Assembly: GCF_046119375.1 (NCBI RefSeq)
Contig: NW_027366690.1
Span: 1 to 64,000 of the forward strand
Direction of reading: 5' to 3'
Source of the DNA: Phyllobates terribilis
Lineage: Eukaryota
Length of the DNA: 64,000 nucleotides
Below the pieces are notes generated by a model. It made no database searches. It was given only the letters and a program-made list of their open reading frames with translations, and was not told the DNA's origin. Below, in pieces: positions 1-14,097 of this stretch. A program made the translations under genes and the position numbers. Within the stretch, counting starts at the first letter, position 1, and each line of letters begins with the position of its first letter.

Positions 1-2550
1 CCCAAGGAAGGATACTTCTTTTAACCAAAAGTCGCACTTGGACAACTTGGCATACAACTGATTTTCCCGAAGAATTGATAAGGCAATTCGAAGATGTTCT
101 TCATGAGTTCCTTCATTCGGGGAGTAGATCAGGATATCTTCAATGAACACCACAACAAATTTGTCCAGATACTGCCTAAAGCACCTGTGCATCAGATCCA
201 TGAACACAGCTGGAGCATTGGTTAGTCCGAATGGCATTACTACAAACTCGTAGTGTCCATATCTTGTCCGGAATGCAGTCTTTGGAATATCCTCCTCACG
301 AATCCTGAGCTGATGATAACCCGATCTCAGATCGATCTTGGAGAAGACTTTGGCACCCTGTAACTGATCTAGAAGATCATCAATCCTCGGCAAGGGGTAC
401 TTGTTCTTGATGGTGACTTTGTTCAGCTCTCGATAATCGATGCAAAGTCTAAAAGATCCATCTTTCTTCTTGACGAACAAGACAGGGGCACCCCAAGGAG
501 ATGCACTTGGTCGAATATATCCCTTCTCGAGCAACTCTTCAAGCTGCTTCTTCAGTTCTTGCATTTCTATTGGAGCCATTCGATAAGGTGCCTTTGAGAT
601 CGGCACCGTTCCTGGTTCCAATTCAATAGTAAACTCCACGTCACGGTTAGGGGGTAGACCTGGGATTTCTTCCGGGAAGACATCCTCAAATTCACACACA
701 ATAGGAATATCGTGAACCAGAACTTCATCCTTTTCGGGCGCATCCAAGTAACACAAATACCCGACACAACCTTGTCGAAGTAGCTTAAACGCTGCCATAG
801 CATTAATCAAGTTCCCATTATCGGCGTCATTCCGACCCTTGAACTTGCACACTTGATGGCCCCCAGATGAAACTGTCACTGTCCTTGTACAAAAGTCAAT
901 TACCGCCCCATGACGTGTCAGCCAATCCATCCCGAGAATAATGTCGTATGGAGCCATGGCAATACAGATTAAGTCAGCTTCAAACTCCCGACCTTGGAGG
1001 GTCACTGAGAATCTTGACAACCGACTAGTTCCTATCAACTGTTCCCCGTTGGGAAGATTTACTATGAATGGTTCGCATGTATCATTGCATTTCAAGCCTA
1101 ACTTATTAACACAACTCTCCGAAACAAAGGAATGTGTAGCACCAGAATCAAATAATATGCATACGGAGGTAGAATCTAGGTATATGGTACCTTGAGCAAC
1201 TGGAGCATTTGGTTCATCAGCCTGGCGCATCTCATACAATCGTTGGCCTTGGCTACCTGATGTAGTTGGAGCTTTTCCCTTACCCTGAACATTTGACTGG
1301 ATAGCAGTATTCGCAGTCCTTGAAGGTCCTGGTTGAGGTCGGTTGTTGTAACTAACTGACCCTTGCTGAGACTCAACACTAGCTTGCCTCTTCTTAGGAC
1401 AATATGTCTGCACATGTCCATCCTTCCCACAAGTAAAACAGGTCCTTCTAGGCTTCACGCAAACAATACTCTTGTGGCCAGGAGCTCCACAATTGTAGCA
1501 TTGAACCAGACCCTTACTCTGTTCAGAGCGTTGAGTTGACATCGACTGAGATGGCTCAGTCCTGGCTTTGCTTGCTTTTGGAAAAGTTAGATGGTGGTGC
1601 CGGACGTTTGAACCCACTGTAGTGTTGGTTACCATCACTCTGATGTTGTTGGTTTCTAGCCTTCTTTGCATTCTCCATGGCTAACTCCATTTTGATTGCT
1701 GCATCAATGTACTCCTCAAGAGTGGAGCAACCATGGCGCAACATCATAGGCTGTAATTCTGATTCATCCATTCATGGAAGTGCCATATTTTATCTTCCTC
1801 TGTTGATACATCAGAATAGTGCAACAGATGATTAAATTTTTCTGCCAGCTCTTTCACCTTCAGCCCATGGTTCTTAGGGTAGAGAAACTCCTTACGCTTT
1901 TCCTCTCTCAAAGCCTTTGAGAAGAAGCGGTTAGTCATCTTAGTCTTGAACATCTCCCAACTCAGATTAGGGTGATCAGCTAATCCAGTGGACTCCCACC
2001 ATTCACTTGCCACATCCTTCAAAGATAGCGAGGCTATGTGCACCTTCTTAGCTTCTGTGCACACAATGTTTTTGAACAGACGTTCCATGTGCCCAAACCA
2101 GTAAGAGACTCTCACACCATCCCCGGTTCCATCATAGGAATCAGGCTTCATAGTGCTTATGGCCTTTAGTGCCCGACTATACCTCCTTCCAGCTCTGCGC
2201 TCACGAGCATGAGGTACAGACTCCTCTGTTTCAGCATCTATGGCAGCAACTGGTGGAATAGGGGCTGCTGGGGGAACCATATGAGCGGTCAATCCAGCAA
2301 CTGCTTGAGCCACTATCTGTTTGATTGCTTCAAGGGTGGCGGTATTAAGGTCAACTGGAGCAGCTGGGTTAGTGGGCTGTTCGGCTCGGCCAGTTTGCAA
2401 GTTATCCTGATCTTGGTGCTCATTCACAGAATGGTTTTCTGAATTGGCTCCCAACTCATGATCCTGATTAGCAGTGCTTTGAAATTGGATCTGAGAAGCA
2501 TTGCTTGGTCCAATACCTCCACGACGAGAATCATTTCTCTTATTCACCAT
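1..2550 (-). pseudogene. Tekay gag-pol, degenerate (frameshifts and stops)
   Basis: ORF-track pieces 1744-2592, 1556-1771, 1176-1430 and 567-803 are successive gag/PR/RT fragments in different frames. The RT catalytic motif reads FIED rather than FIDD. Confidence 0.85.
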
Positions 2551-3095
2551 CTGGATATGGATCAAAGGAATTAGATTGGAATTTCGACACACATCAACTT
2601 AGGGGTAATGAAACAGGTATATAAAATCACGCAAATCATTACTCTAGGTAAAATTTGCGATTTATTAATACTTGTATCCTACCAAGACCAGAAAAGAGTT
2701 CACAACATCGGAAGGGATGCTACTGCTCCTCATGTTGTTCTAGAAGGGATCAGTGTCTACCACGAAATAGGAATAGGTTGAAATATTAAAGATCATAAAT
2801 CTTTAATTTATGACAACTAGAAGAGAGAGGTAGAGAAGTTCCGCTAGAGTTTGGCAGTGTTTCAAAAACATAAGTGGAGAGATGAAAACTTTTCTTGTGT
2901 TCCAACTCAAATTCATTTATCAAACTCAAATAAATTTTATATATGTACGATTTAAAATGAGTGAGATATTTTTATTTATAAATGAAGAAATAATTAGTCC
3001 ATATAATATTTTTTTTGTTTTGTTTTAAACCTTTAAAACAAATACTTATTAAAGATCCATAAATTATTATGAAAAATAAATTTTCAAAACCTTTA

Positions 3096-3107
3096 GCTCT
3101 GATACCA
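3096..3107 (-). other. Primer-binding site (tRNA-iMet) of the Tekay element
   Basis: Plus-strand gctctgatacca is TGGTATCAGAGC on the minus strand, 4 nt from the LTR end. Confidence 0.9.
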
Positions 3108-3111
3108 AATC

Positions 3112-4399
3112 TGTAACACCCCCAATTCAGATGGGAATATTACCGCCGATGACTTTAGACTCTCACGTCCAAAATCACCCAGGCTTATATCATTGAACAA
3201 AACATAATACATATATATAAATAATATCAAAGTCTTACATAATAATGCGGAAAATCAGTACAATGTGAAATTGTAATACAAATTACATCAGCGGAAGACT
3301 TGTAAAAATAACAATTACATATATAACTTGATCAGCATCAGGATCGTCAACCTTGATAACATGAACTTGAAACATTAACAGCCAACTACTTGGATCAGAA
3401 GATGTTGATTCGGATTGAATGGAGATAAGGTTCCTAGTTGACGGCTTGATTCCAAAAACCGAATGTAACTCGGCAGAATAGATGTTGTTGCACAGCTGGG
3501 TTCGAGCTGCTCGTTCAAGGCTCAAACGGAGACGGAATCGGACATGGTTGATACCGTTGGCTTCGTATCGAAATGAATATAACTTAGCATCAAGAAAATC
3601 AAGAAAAGACGAACTATAGACTCAGTAAACTGGAAACCGTGAGCACTCACTGTTCACGCCGGAATTCAGAGGCTGGGCTGCGCAATGAACTTCGAGTATC
3701 TCGTTCAGGGGTCAAATGGAAACGAAACTGGATGAGACTGGTGTCGTTGGAACCGTATCGAGTCGAACTACAATTAGACTCAAGAATCTAAGAAAACTAT
3801 GGACGAGAAGTTCATAAATACAGAAAAACAGAAGTGTCCGAAAAATCTGAGTGTAAGGATGAGTTACAATCTTCGGAGTTGAATCGATATCGTTTGGAAG
3901 CGGAATTGGATGATTCAAGAGTCGAAATCCACTAATTTGAGTATGAGGAATTCAAATTTGTGGTCAGAATAAGTAAATAAAGGCTCTAACTAGAGTAGCT
4001 GGGAGGATTTCAGATTCGGGTTGTGAGTGAAAGTGAGGAAGAAGCTCCCTATTTTATAGAACAATGGTGATGATGAAGGTGTATGATGAAGAGATAAGAA
4101 TGCATTAACTCTCACATGGCAAAGACAAAGAAGAAGCCGCAATAGTTGGTCTATGAGGAGGAGTAGGAGACCTACAAATAGTTGATGGAAAATGATGAAG
4201 ATGGTGATTTACCATAGCTTTGTCAAATCTGAAAATAAATTACCTTGTAGGGTGATTTCAATTTTCACTTTAATTATAGGTTTTTTTTTCAAGGTGTTTT
4301 TTAAAGGTAAGAAATTCCTTGAAACAATAATTAAGGTTTAATTTATACCCGATTAAGTATCAACTTAATTATTAAGATATAAAAGAGAGGGTTATTACA
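3112..4399 (-). repeat. Tekay 5' LTR (~1.29 kb)
   Basis: TG...CA termini with Tekay-type end motifs and an adjacent PBS. The partner LTR lies outside the window. Confidence 0.75.
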
Positions 4400-5304
4400 A
4401 ACCTAACCTTGAAACTATCAAAACTAACTCCTAGGTAGCATTAAGTTCATGAATAAATAGGAAGGTAAATTGTCCTTGGTGCATATACCTCATTAATCTC
4501 CCTGTCCTACAAGTGCAACTAGTCCAATTAGAGATTCGTACTACTAAGCAGGCTAGGTTTTCCAATTAGGATAAACCAGGCCCTAGCAATATTAAATCGA
4601 ACTAATAGCCTAGGTGATCAATCTAGAAAGTGCATTAAATTCAATAGATATTACGCGCAAGAGATTAAAGCAATAGAGACATAATAACATTAAGAACCAA
4701 GGATAATAACCTCACATTGAATTAGCCTAGAGGCACGAACCAACCATACAAAGTCTAAGGAGATTACTCCTGGCTCATTGCTAATAACCTAATGAAATGT
4801 AATTCGGAAATTTAGATAATGGATCCTTAGGGAGAGGCAAAACTCTCTCTATTTATAAAAAATGACTTGTGTGAAAGCCCAGCCCGAAATACATGTAAAA
4901 CTTAGGTAAAAAGCCCAATTAAAGTCCCGAAGCTAAGGCTTCTCACGGTGCTGAGGAGGAGAAAGGCGTGAGCGTGCATGTGTCAGCGCAATCGCGTCAC
5001 CCTCAGAAGGTGGTGCACGGTCGCGTCGTGTTTGGCGCGGTCGCGTCCGTGTATGGCCTACTTTCGGCTTGTTGCGCGAGCTAGGCACAAACACGTCCGG
5101 GGCAAAGTGCCCCTTTTCCTCCTCTTCTCCACTTGTGTTCGCTCCTTGCCTTCCACGTCTTCTCCCTTGTGCACGTAATCCTTGTAATTGTACTATTTTC
5201 TCTACGATGTCCAGATTACGACATTTATGCTCCGTTTGTGGCCTATTTTGTCCGTAGTTGATGTTAATTCCCACTCTTGATGATGTACGAGATGCCTCAA
5301 ATCA
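4400..5304 (-). mobile_element. Athila-like LTR, 5' portion, interrupted by the Tekay element
   Basis: Starts TGAT on the minus strand exactly where SIRE RT homology stops (QGIV|). It shares blocks with the LTR fragment at 47304-47927 (tctagattgatcacctagg, tggactagttg.acttgta, ttgatagtttca.ggt). Confidence 0.65.
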
Positions 5305-8300
5305 GCAACACTATTCCTTGGTCATATATATTGTTCCTGAAGACCCACCTGGTTCCAATAATGGTCCTATTGGATGGCTTCGGAACTAAACTCCCAACCT
5401 TTTTGCACTCAGATTCTTGGAGCTCTTCTTTCATCGCCACTATCCAATCAGGATCCTTGAGTGCTTGTTGGATGCTCTTTGACTCCTCCAAAGAGACAAA
5501 TCTGCTAAAAGCACATAGGTTGTGGAGAGAAGATCAAGTATGAGTGCCCTTATACAAAGGGTGTGAGTATGTTGTCCACAGGGTGGGAGCTTTTCTATTA
5601 ATAGTAACACTGCTCGATCACTGTTGCATCTGGGAGGAGGATAAGAGTGGTGCTCTTACCAGTTGCATTTGTGGAGCTACTTGCTTCAGCTCTTGATGTA
5701 ATGGATTGAGATGGAGGAGTCTCACTTCTTCTTCAGGGTGACTTGCTTCACCAGAAGGGATACTCGCTTTAATCTCAGGGAGAATCACTTCTTCTAAAGC
5801 GGGACTCACTTCTTCCTATATGGCTTGATCTGGCACTTCACTATCACTTTCCTTGTTCAGAGTACCATCAGAGTTAGAAGGGGGTATTTAGGATTGTGCT
5901 CTTCATCATTGTTGTTAGCTTCAGGGGAAGCTATAGAATAAGGGTGATAGAGAGAGCTTGAGGATGTGTGACCTTGAGTTGGTGAAGGGATTAGGACCTG
6001 TAGAAGTTGGAGGAGGAAGAGGGCGTTCATCAAACTACACGTGTATGTTCTCTTCTATCTTTCTTGTTCTCTTGTTAAGAACCTTGTATGCCTTGTTGTA
6101 GGGTGTGTATCCTAAGAACACAACCTCATCATTTCTCTCATCAATCTTTCTCAATATGTAAACCTTGTTGTGGACTTAACACTTGCAACCAAACACCCTT
6201 AAGTGAGAGATGTTAGGTGTTGGCCCCTTTAACAACTCATAGGGAGTCCTCTCCAGGATTGGCCTTAGCATTGCCCTATTTTTGATGTAGCACGCCATGC
6301 TCACAACTTGTTTCCCATTAGTGGTGAGGAAGCATGCTTGAGAGAAGCATGGTTCTAGCCATGTCCTCGAGCGTCCTTTTTTTCTTTCAACAACTCTATT
6401 ATGTCGGGACTTCTTGGAGCTGAAAAGTTGTGCTCAATGCCTTTCCCCCTGAAAAAAGTTAGAAAACTCTTATTCTCAAACTTCAGCACGTGATCGGAGC
6501 AAACAGAGAGACCCACTATTTTCTAATAAGAGAATTAAAGAGGAAAACTCACTAAAAACTTCATCCTTAGTTTTCAAAAGTAAAGTCGGTGAATCTGGAT
6601 TAGTCATCTATTACAACATATATATAGTGATTATCCCCCTCCACTTTGTATTCTAAGTGGTCTACAAAGGTCCATGTGGATTAACTCTAGTGGACTTTGG
6701 GTGGATACTACTTTTGGGGAGAAAATGATTGCCTTGTCCCTTTGCTTGAGTGTAATCTGAGCATGTTTTCATAGACTTTGGGTTTATATCTAGAAGGCCC
6801 CTCACAAGCTCCTTCTTCTTGAGCTTGTGTAATAGATGAAGACTGGCATGGCCTAACATTTGATGTCACATATTGGACAAATCTTCTATTGTTTCAAAGA
6901 CACAATTATTGAGATGGAATGAAGTTGTAGTCGAAAGATAGGTGTTCTATACGCGCTTACCTCTCATTATAATCTCTTGATCTGGATTCTTCACTATGTA
7001 GCTTGTTGCGGTGAAGGTTACTTCATTAACTCCCTTTTCGTACAGTTGAGCCACACTGAGAGGATTGAATTTCAGGCTCTCGGCCAAGTTGATATCTCTC
7101 ACTTGAGTTTCTTTGGTGACTTATATGTTTCCTCTAGATTTGATCTTTACTTGCTTTTTATCGTCAAAGGAGATGTTTCCTCCTTTGGTTGTTTGAAATG
7201 AGAGCATATATATGGAGATTCAATTTATGAAACATGAGCACCCGCTATCAATATATCACTTGTTCCCGCTCTTCAATTCAACCTGTAACTAAATGGATCA
7301 ATCTTTGGGAACCCATTGAAGTTTGATCTTTGTGGATTGATTAGATATTTTATTTCATAAGTTATGAGGCTTCATTGTTTCTTTCTTGGCATGAGTGAGA
7401 GATTGGTAGTCAGAGGGAACATTCAGGTCAAACCCTTGGTTTGGCCTTGACTTGAATTAGATATTTTATTTCATAAGTTATGAGGCTTCATTGTTTCTTT
7501 CTTGGCATGAGCGAGAGATTGGTAGTCAGAGGGAACTTTCAGGTCAAACCCTTGGTTTGGCCTTGACTGGTATGATTTATAAGGTTTATTCTTGAGTGTC
7601 TTCTTATTATTACACTTGTATCATTGATACTAGTTCATTCCATAAAAAGTACAGTAACGGTTGTTTCTCACACTACTTCACATTTTTTAGTGACAAGGGT
7701 AGGTCTATCATACAATTACTTAGACAACTCTATGGCTTTAGATCTCAATTTTTTTGGCTTTAGACCTCAATTTTTTTTTGTTTTCAGTACTATATTCATC
7801 ATTTTAAGTCTAAAGCAACTCATTTTCTGATGAGGCCTTTAACCATGATAAATTGATAATGAGTTCGTCCTTGCTCAGAATTCAAGATTAAGAGATGATA
7901 CCTCGAAGACTTCATCATCATATGACTACTCATTTGCTACAAGATATTTTCCTTGAACTGCTTCACCGACGTCCAACTCGTCGTCATAATCACCCCAATT
8001 GTGAAGAATTTCTTCTTGGGGTCGCTTGAGTTGGCGACCACATTCTTGTTGGTGCAAGTTTTTTCCAAGTGTCCCTTCTTTTGGCAATTACAACATGTGA
8101 AGTATTTCAGATCTCGTTTTTGAGGGACATATTTCTTGAACGTGATTTTGGTCTTTAGAAACCTCTTGACCATATTGGTCATCATTACCACTTCAAGATC
8201 ATCATCTTGATCGCTCGAGTCCTCACTCTCCCTGCGCTAGAGGACAGTAGTGAGCTTCAAGGTTGTTCCCTTTACTTCTCGAGAGGATTGGTCTTGTTCC

Positions 8301-9186
8301 CTATTTTGAACTTCTTGGATGTGGAATTTCCCATCTACCACTGAAAGTAGGAGCTCCTTTTTGTTCTTTTGACATAAGCACATTCCTCTTGGTAGTGTCA
8401 AATTTGTTATTCACCCCATGGATGAAAGCGAGTGACAACTCCCACTCTTCTACTGCAACTCCAACTGAGTTCGTATTATCTGCCAAGATTGAAACCTAGA
8501 GTGGTAGTCAGATATCAATTCGGCCTCGCTCATTTTAATGAGTGAAACTCTCATTGTAGCTCAAACTTCCAGTTGTTTCTCATGTCCTCACTACCCCGAT
8601 GTTGGAGATATGGCTTCCCACATTTTCTTTGTAGTGAAAATGTTCATTACCTTATCGATATCCTTTCTTGACAAGGAATTGAGGATAAGTTGCCTAGCAT
8701 TTGCATTCTTCTTCATGAGTTGATACTCCAAGACCCAAAGTCTTTGTAACTGATTCTTCCTCGACCTTCTATTCTTCTCTCTCGATGATTCTCCAACACT
8801 GGTAGTTTGTTTGCTAGATGTAATTTCTTGTCATTGAAATCTACCAGTCAAGCTCTCATGGGATGAGAATGTGTGGTTTGTTCAGGGAGATCCCTAAGGT
8901 GAAGTTGTTGGGATGCTTGTAGTTTTCCATTGTATGTGAACCTTGTTGGAAATTGATTCTTGATCAACCTTTAGCTGTGATACCAATTGTAGGATTCGAA
9001 ATTCTGAGGGAATGAGTAGTTCAGCGTGATTACTCTCCCTTTTAGTGGAAACAAAAATTTAACAACCAGTAACAAGGATTCACAAGTGAGAACTTTAGAT
9101 CTTTCAATCCATGCTAAAACTCAAAAAAACTCTTATCGAATTTGATAAATTACGAGTTTACAAGCTTAGAACAACACTCTCTCTTA
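5305..9186 (-). mobile_element. Decayed SIRE/Maximus Ty1/copia element (LTR remnant, PBS, gag, PR, INT, start of RT)
   Basis: PBS TGGTATCACAGC at 8974-8985 follows an LTR end ...GAATCCTACA. Fragments include SLAFIHGVNNKF, CCNCQKKGH, LGHASLHLLHKL and ALKDPDWIVAMKEEL. Many stops and frameshifts. Confidence 0.85.
7340..7568. repeat. Tandem duplication, 116-bp period, inside the decayed SIRE gag
   Basis: attagatattttatttcataag...ccttgact occurs at 7340-7452 and 7456-7568 with about 2 mismatches. Confidence 0.95.
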
Positions 9187-11290
9187 AAGGTCATTTGTCT
9201 GTTCACGTCGTATCGGTTTAAAACCAGTGTAATGAGCAACACCATTTGTCGTGACATGGGCAGGCGGGCGGGATTAGCGGCACAACATCACTTAGATTAG
9301 TGTGGTCGAGGATAAGGTTAGGCGGTGTTGGGTGGACATGCTAATTGCGATAGACGGCGACACTCCGTGATAGTGTAGATTTAATTAAGTATATATGTCT
9401 AATTGCGGGTACGTGGTGGTGGTGTAGCATAAATTGATTAGGTTTAATTTGCGGTGGAGGTGGTTGTAACTTCTATCAGTTCCACTTGACTTTTATGCCT
9501 ATCTGCTAGCTCCCATTTCCCCCCACCCCAATGACACCATTCTCCATCTTGTTCAAGCTAGGCAGACCAATCAATCACTTATATAATGTATGTTTTTTAC
9601 ATTTGTTTTCGTGATAGCGGTTTGTTTGATATTGATCTTTAGCCCTAATCTACCCATTATCTTTCAATTATTTTATTAAATTCAAAAAGTATTTGGTTAA
9701 CAGATAGTTCTAACGTGTAAATATGAAAATTTGGTTAACCGAAATCAGGACGGATCAAGTATTTTAAGTTATTGGGGTTAAAATATTAGCTTTAAAAATT
9801 ATGTTTTGAGAAGACGTGGGAAAAAACTTAAGACATAAATGAGTAGAAATTATTCACAACTAAAAATGATATAAACGAAAAATAAATAAATTTATTAAAT
9901 TATAGGATTCAAGAACATACAATCACATAATTTAATCAAATTTATTATTTAAATATATATTTACATTATAAAAAAAGATTTTTAAAGGGCAAAAAAAGTT
10001 ACTACATTTAAAAGTAGGGGTGATAGCCCCCTCTGGGCACACATGCACAGTTTGTGACTAAAATGTAGGATATCCGACAAATCCATACATATTATAAAAA
10101 TTTTGGTTATGATTATATTTTGATATGTTTGGTTAACCGATACCGGCTAACCGAATATATCAATTAACCGTTATTGATAATTAAATATAATGTTCACCGT
10201 TATTGGCTAAACAAATATTGAATTAACAAAAATGTCGCCGCTTTGATTATTCAGTAGTGTAATATTGATATTATGATTCCGGTTTTTTGTGTGTATAAAC
10301 TATCAATTTTCTAAACGTGTTTTTAGTTTTCACGGTTTTCACAAATTACTGCTATAAAACAAATAGCATACTCTGATCTTGACTCCATTATATCGTGTAC
10401 GTTTATCACACCCAAACAACAAACACATAACTTTCACGTTGATGCATATAGTTGGACTTGGACTGATATGTACTGATAAATTCACATCTTGACGTGATTA
10501 CTCACCTTACGCAGCATCTAAAATGTAGATTTGCAATTCACATTCTGTAAGCAAAATACAAGAAATCAAATACCTAATCACTACCTTAGATTAAATAGTT
10601 AGGCAATCCGCGTGAACGTTGCCAAACGAAACACGAACATATATGACATTTCTATGTTGAATTGGATACTGAGCGTCTAGCGATTATAGAGATTAGATAA
10701 GAAATACGGTTTCGAATACTTAAATCAAATACTCTATCGGGATATTGATACACGCTATTTCAGAATAACTTTTTGGGATATAAATATATATTATTTTATC
10801 AATTTTTTACGACTTTTATCACATTTATTCATACGCAATTATTATATTAAAAACAGTATGTTATTTCTCTATACGTTGTTTTTTTACATTTTTAATGTAA
10901 TTTATTTGGATTATTTTAGGAAAATTTTATCTAAAGACATGTATTTATATCCGGAAGGAGTATTTTTTAGAGTGATGAACTCAGATATACTTGAAACTCC
11001 TTACAAATTTACAATTAAAAACATCTTCTTCTCTCTTCGATCCTCTTCTACGGGAATGTGCATAGGCTATTTATAAACTTGCTCCTCCTACTTTCTTGTG
11101 AGATTCTTAGATGTGTATCGGTTTGCAGTCACTTGCACGCCTTGCCAATCGGTCAGGCATTTTAATGCCTTTGATTAGACTGCTCACAGAAATCTTCGGG
11201 TGTCAGGAGGAGGTAAGCGAGGCAATTTTTGTGTCTTAGTGTGTCAATATTTGACTGGTCGCAACATATTACACACGCAATAAACGATCC

Positions 11291-12051
11291 TGTTAGTAAA
11301 GCTGAGGTAGCTTAAACTATGTTTCTTAGTTTTGATGAGATCAAACTTAGACATTTTATTGGAACTCAAAGTGTATGCAGAGTTCAAGGTAGCTTGAAGG
11401 TAGCTTGAAGTGATTTGAAGGTCGCTTAAAGCTTTGGTGATAATAATGTTCAGCGAGACTAAGGACGCTGGAGTTATCAAGCTAAATAGAGTCAATTTGG
11501 TAGAAGACTCAAAGAGCGATCTAAAATGTTTTACAACTGAGCAAGCGCGAAGAAAAACCAGGCATCAAGAGTTTTGCACGTGTTGAATAAATTCTTGAAG
11601 AGCAAGTTGCAGTTGGTTGTTGCAGCGCGCGCGTCAGAAGTAGTTAGCCAGCTAAATACGTGTCAAGATAGGATTGGGTGAAGTGAAGTAGCGCTTAACG
11701 GCCCAACGAAGTCCTTCTTGTCAACCAATGGGAAATAAGCACGTTTGTAAATTCCGCATTGGGTTTTAGCTAGCTTTTGTGATGTTCTATATATAGCTTA
11801 GGATTAAGCTTGAATAGAAGTTAATCGTAAATTGTAATTGAGAGTCTTTGAGTGTATTGCTTTGTGCTGTGTGAGACAAAAGAGAGAGAATAGTCGTCCT
11901 TTTGTAAACACAGTTCAAGAAAGATTGAATACATCAAAGAGAGAATTACACGTTCTTGTTCGTTCAACAGTATAGCTTCTCTCTTCCGCCATTGTTACGA
12001 GTGTTAAGCTTCCTTAAGCCAAACTCGTTGGAGAAGCTCACCGATCCTACA
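11291..12051 (+). repeat. 5' LTR of the env-less SIRE (761 bp)
   Basis: TGTTAGT...CCTACA. About 16 substitutions and one 7-bp indel versus the 3' LTR (manual count). Confidence 0.95.
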
Positions 12052-12053
12052 AT

Positions 12054-12065
12054 TGGTATCAGAGC
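12054..12065 (+). other. PBS (tRNA-iMet)
   Basis: TGGTATCAGAGC two bases after the LTR end. Confidence 0.95.
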
Positions 12066-12168
12066 TTGGATCTTCGTTCAAGAACCCAGGTTTCTGCTTT
12101 GATCTCTTTTGTTCTAAATTTCTGCAACATCTCTCCCTCTCGATCTTTCCCTCTCAAGAATCAACACC

Positions 12169-14079
12169 ATGCCTGGAGAAAGAGAATCCAACCAGCACCT
12201 TCTTGGGATTTCGGTCAACAAACCTCATCTTTTGATCGAGGGTGAGCTAGACTGGTGGATGGCCATGACAAAGAACTACATTCAGCAGACCGACTATCAG
12301 TGTTGGAACATTATCGAGCATGGTGATGAGAAGGTTGAAGCTGCAACAACCGCCAAGCCTTGGGGACCAGTAGAGTACGCTCTAATGGAAAAGAATGCTA
12401 AGGCTCGCCAGCTCATCCTCAACTCTCTTCAGAGGAAAGATATGGACAAAATCATGAGCATCGCTACCGCTCAAGAAATGTGGAAGGCAGTTCAAGAAAT
12501 GAATCAGAGGAGTGATGATATGAAGAACAATCGAAAGTTCGATCTACAAAGGGAGTTTCATTCCTTCAGGATGACTGAATCCGAAAGTGTGTCAAATTCC
12601 CACTCAAGATTCCAAGTGCTCGCTAATAAGATGAGCGCGACTGGAATAGTCACTGAACCATGGTCGCTGTCATTAGCCTTCATCCATGGTGTTAACACTA
12701 AATATGACACTATCAAGAAGATAATGCTGATGACAGAAGCAACCAAGACTCTTCCAGTTGCAACGCTTGCTGGGAAATTTCGAGTTCAAGAAATCAAAGA
12801 CAGCGAGCAAGCCCATTCAATCAAGGAATCAAGAGGAACTGCTCTTAAGCTCACAAAGGTGCTACAACAACTGGAGAGCGAGACCTCCATCGATGAGGGT
12901 GAGGACGCTGAAATAGTGTTGATGACCAAGATGGTCAAAAAGTTCTTGAAAGCCAAAGGTAGCTTCAAGAAGGATCAAGGCGCTAAGCGAGACCTGACAA
13001 ACGTTACCTGTTACAATTGTCAAGAAAAGGGTCACCTAGCAAAAACCTGCACGAAACCGAAGGTCGCTGCGAGCTCTACATCCAGCGAACTTAAGAAGGC
13101 GTTCTTCACCACTTGGGGAGATTCAGATGAAGAACTAGATCTTGGCGAAGAAATGCAAGGACGCTACCTAATGGCCCAAGAAGAATCTGATGATGATCAA
13201 CCTGTTCAGGTATCTTCTATAAAATTAAGCGCCCTTCCCAAACAAGATCTAATTGATCTTTGTCAAGGTCTGATTGAGGAAAATAATTTGCTAATGACTT
13301 AGAATACTGAGTACACTGACGAAATTAACGTCCTCAAAACTGAAACACTCGAGATGACCAAAAAGCTTAAGGGTGAAACGGTTGTCGTTACAAAGTTTTG
13401 TGAACTTTGTAAAGGCAAACGCAACACCCTTCCTTCAGACTCGAATGTTTCAGCTCAACTTGACACAATCCTGGCTGAAATTGACAAACTGAATCAGTCT
13501 ATTGAGGCAAAAACTGTCAACCAAACAGTTTTTGTCCGCTCTAGACCCGGTTTAGGGTATACATTTGAGCTCGCCCCTTCTAAGGACATGTCATTGACTG
13601 AAAAGAACCTTAAACTTTCTCAAGATTTACAGTCTTTTAAAAGTAAAAATGATTATCTGGAAAACAAGATAAGGGCATTTGAACATAACCCAAAAGAAAC
13701 TAAGTGGTATCATGGGGAACCAACTCATAAGATGTATGTCAAACAGGCAAGAACTAAGCCCAAGAAAATTAAGCTTGAAAATCAAGCGCCCTTCCGGCCA
13801 GGAAAGGGTAAGTACGGGTACGTGCGAGGCAACTTGTATTGAACGCACTGTGGCAACAATGGACACAGGGTTCATGAGTGCGCTTCTAAGCAAGCTCTCA
13901 GAGAAAAATCCCGTGCTAGATATGCGCCCAAGCCACATATAATAGTAGACCTGAATGATCCCTCATACTATGACCCAATAGAGCCCAAGCATGCTAATAG
14001 GCCTAAAAGGGAAATATCTAGGGGAGCTACTACTAATCCACCCACGAGGTCTCGGCTTCGATGGGAACCAAAAATCTGA
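12169..14079 (+). pseudogene. SIRE extended gag with two zinc knuckles and two in-frame stops
   Basis: ORFs 12169-13302 and 13354-13842 share one frame, which continues *THCGNNGHRVHEC...WEPKI* to 14079. First knuckle CYNCQEKGHLAKTC. Confidence 0.85.
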
Positions 14080-14097
14080 TGTTTCTTGAATACAGGT

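Larger units (their letters stand above)
1..4399 (-). mobile_element. Ty3/gypsy chromovirus (Tekay/Del-like) LTR retrotransposon, 5' part, truncated by the window start
   Basis: LTR 3112-4399 reads TGTAATAACCC...GGGGTGTTACA on the minus strand and is followed by a tRNA-iMet PBS. Downstream come gag (SYWFGHMERLF, SEWWES), a zinc knuckle, a protease ([11 protein letters not shown]-like) and RT ([13 protein letters not shown]). Confidence 0.9.

Noticed and set aside
9756-10078. hAT-like MITE (caggacggatc ... gatatccgac) amid ggttaaccga motifs
   Set aside because: The TIRs are too degenerate and no 8-bp TSD was found.
11244-11495. Identical short ORFs at 11244-11495 and 17966-18205, and at 50319-50687 and 60239-60466
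   Set aside because: These are chance ORFs inside paired LTRs. Their repetition reflects LTR identity, not genes.
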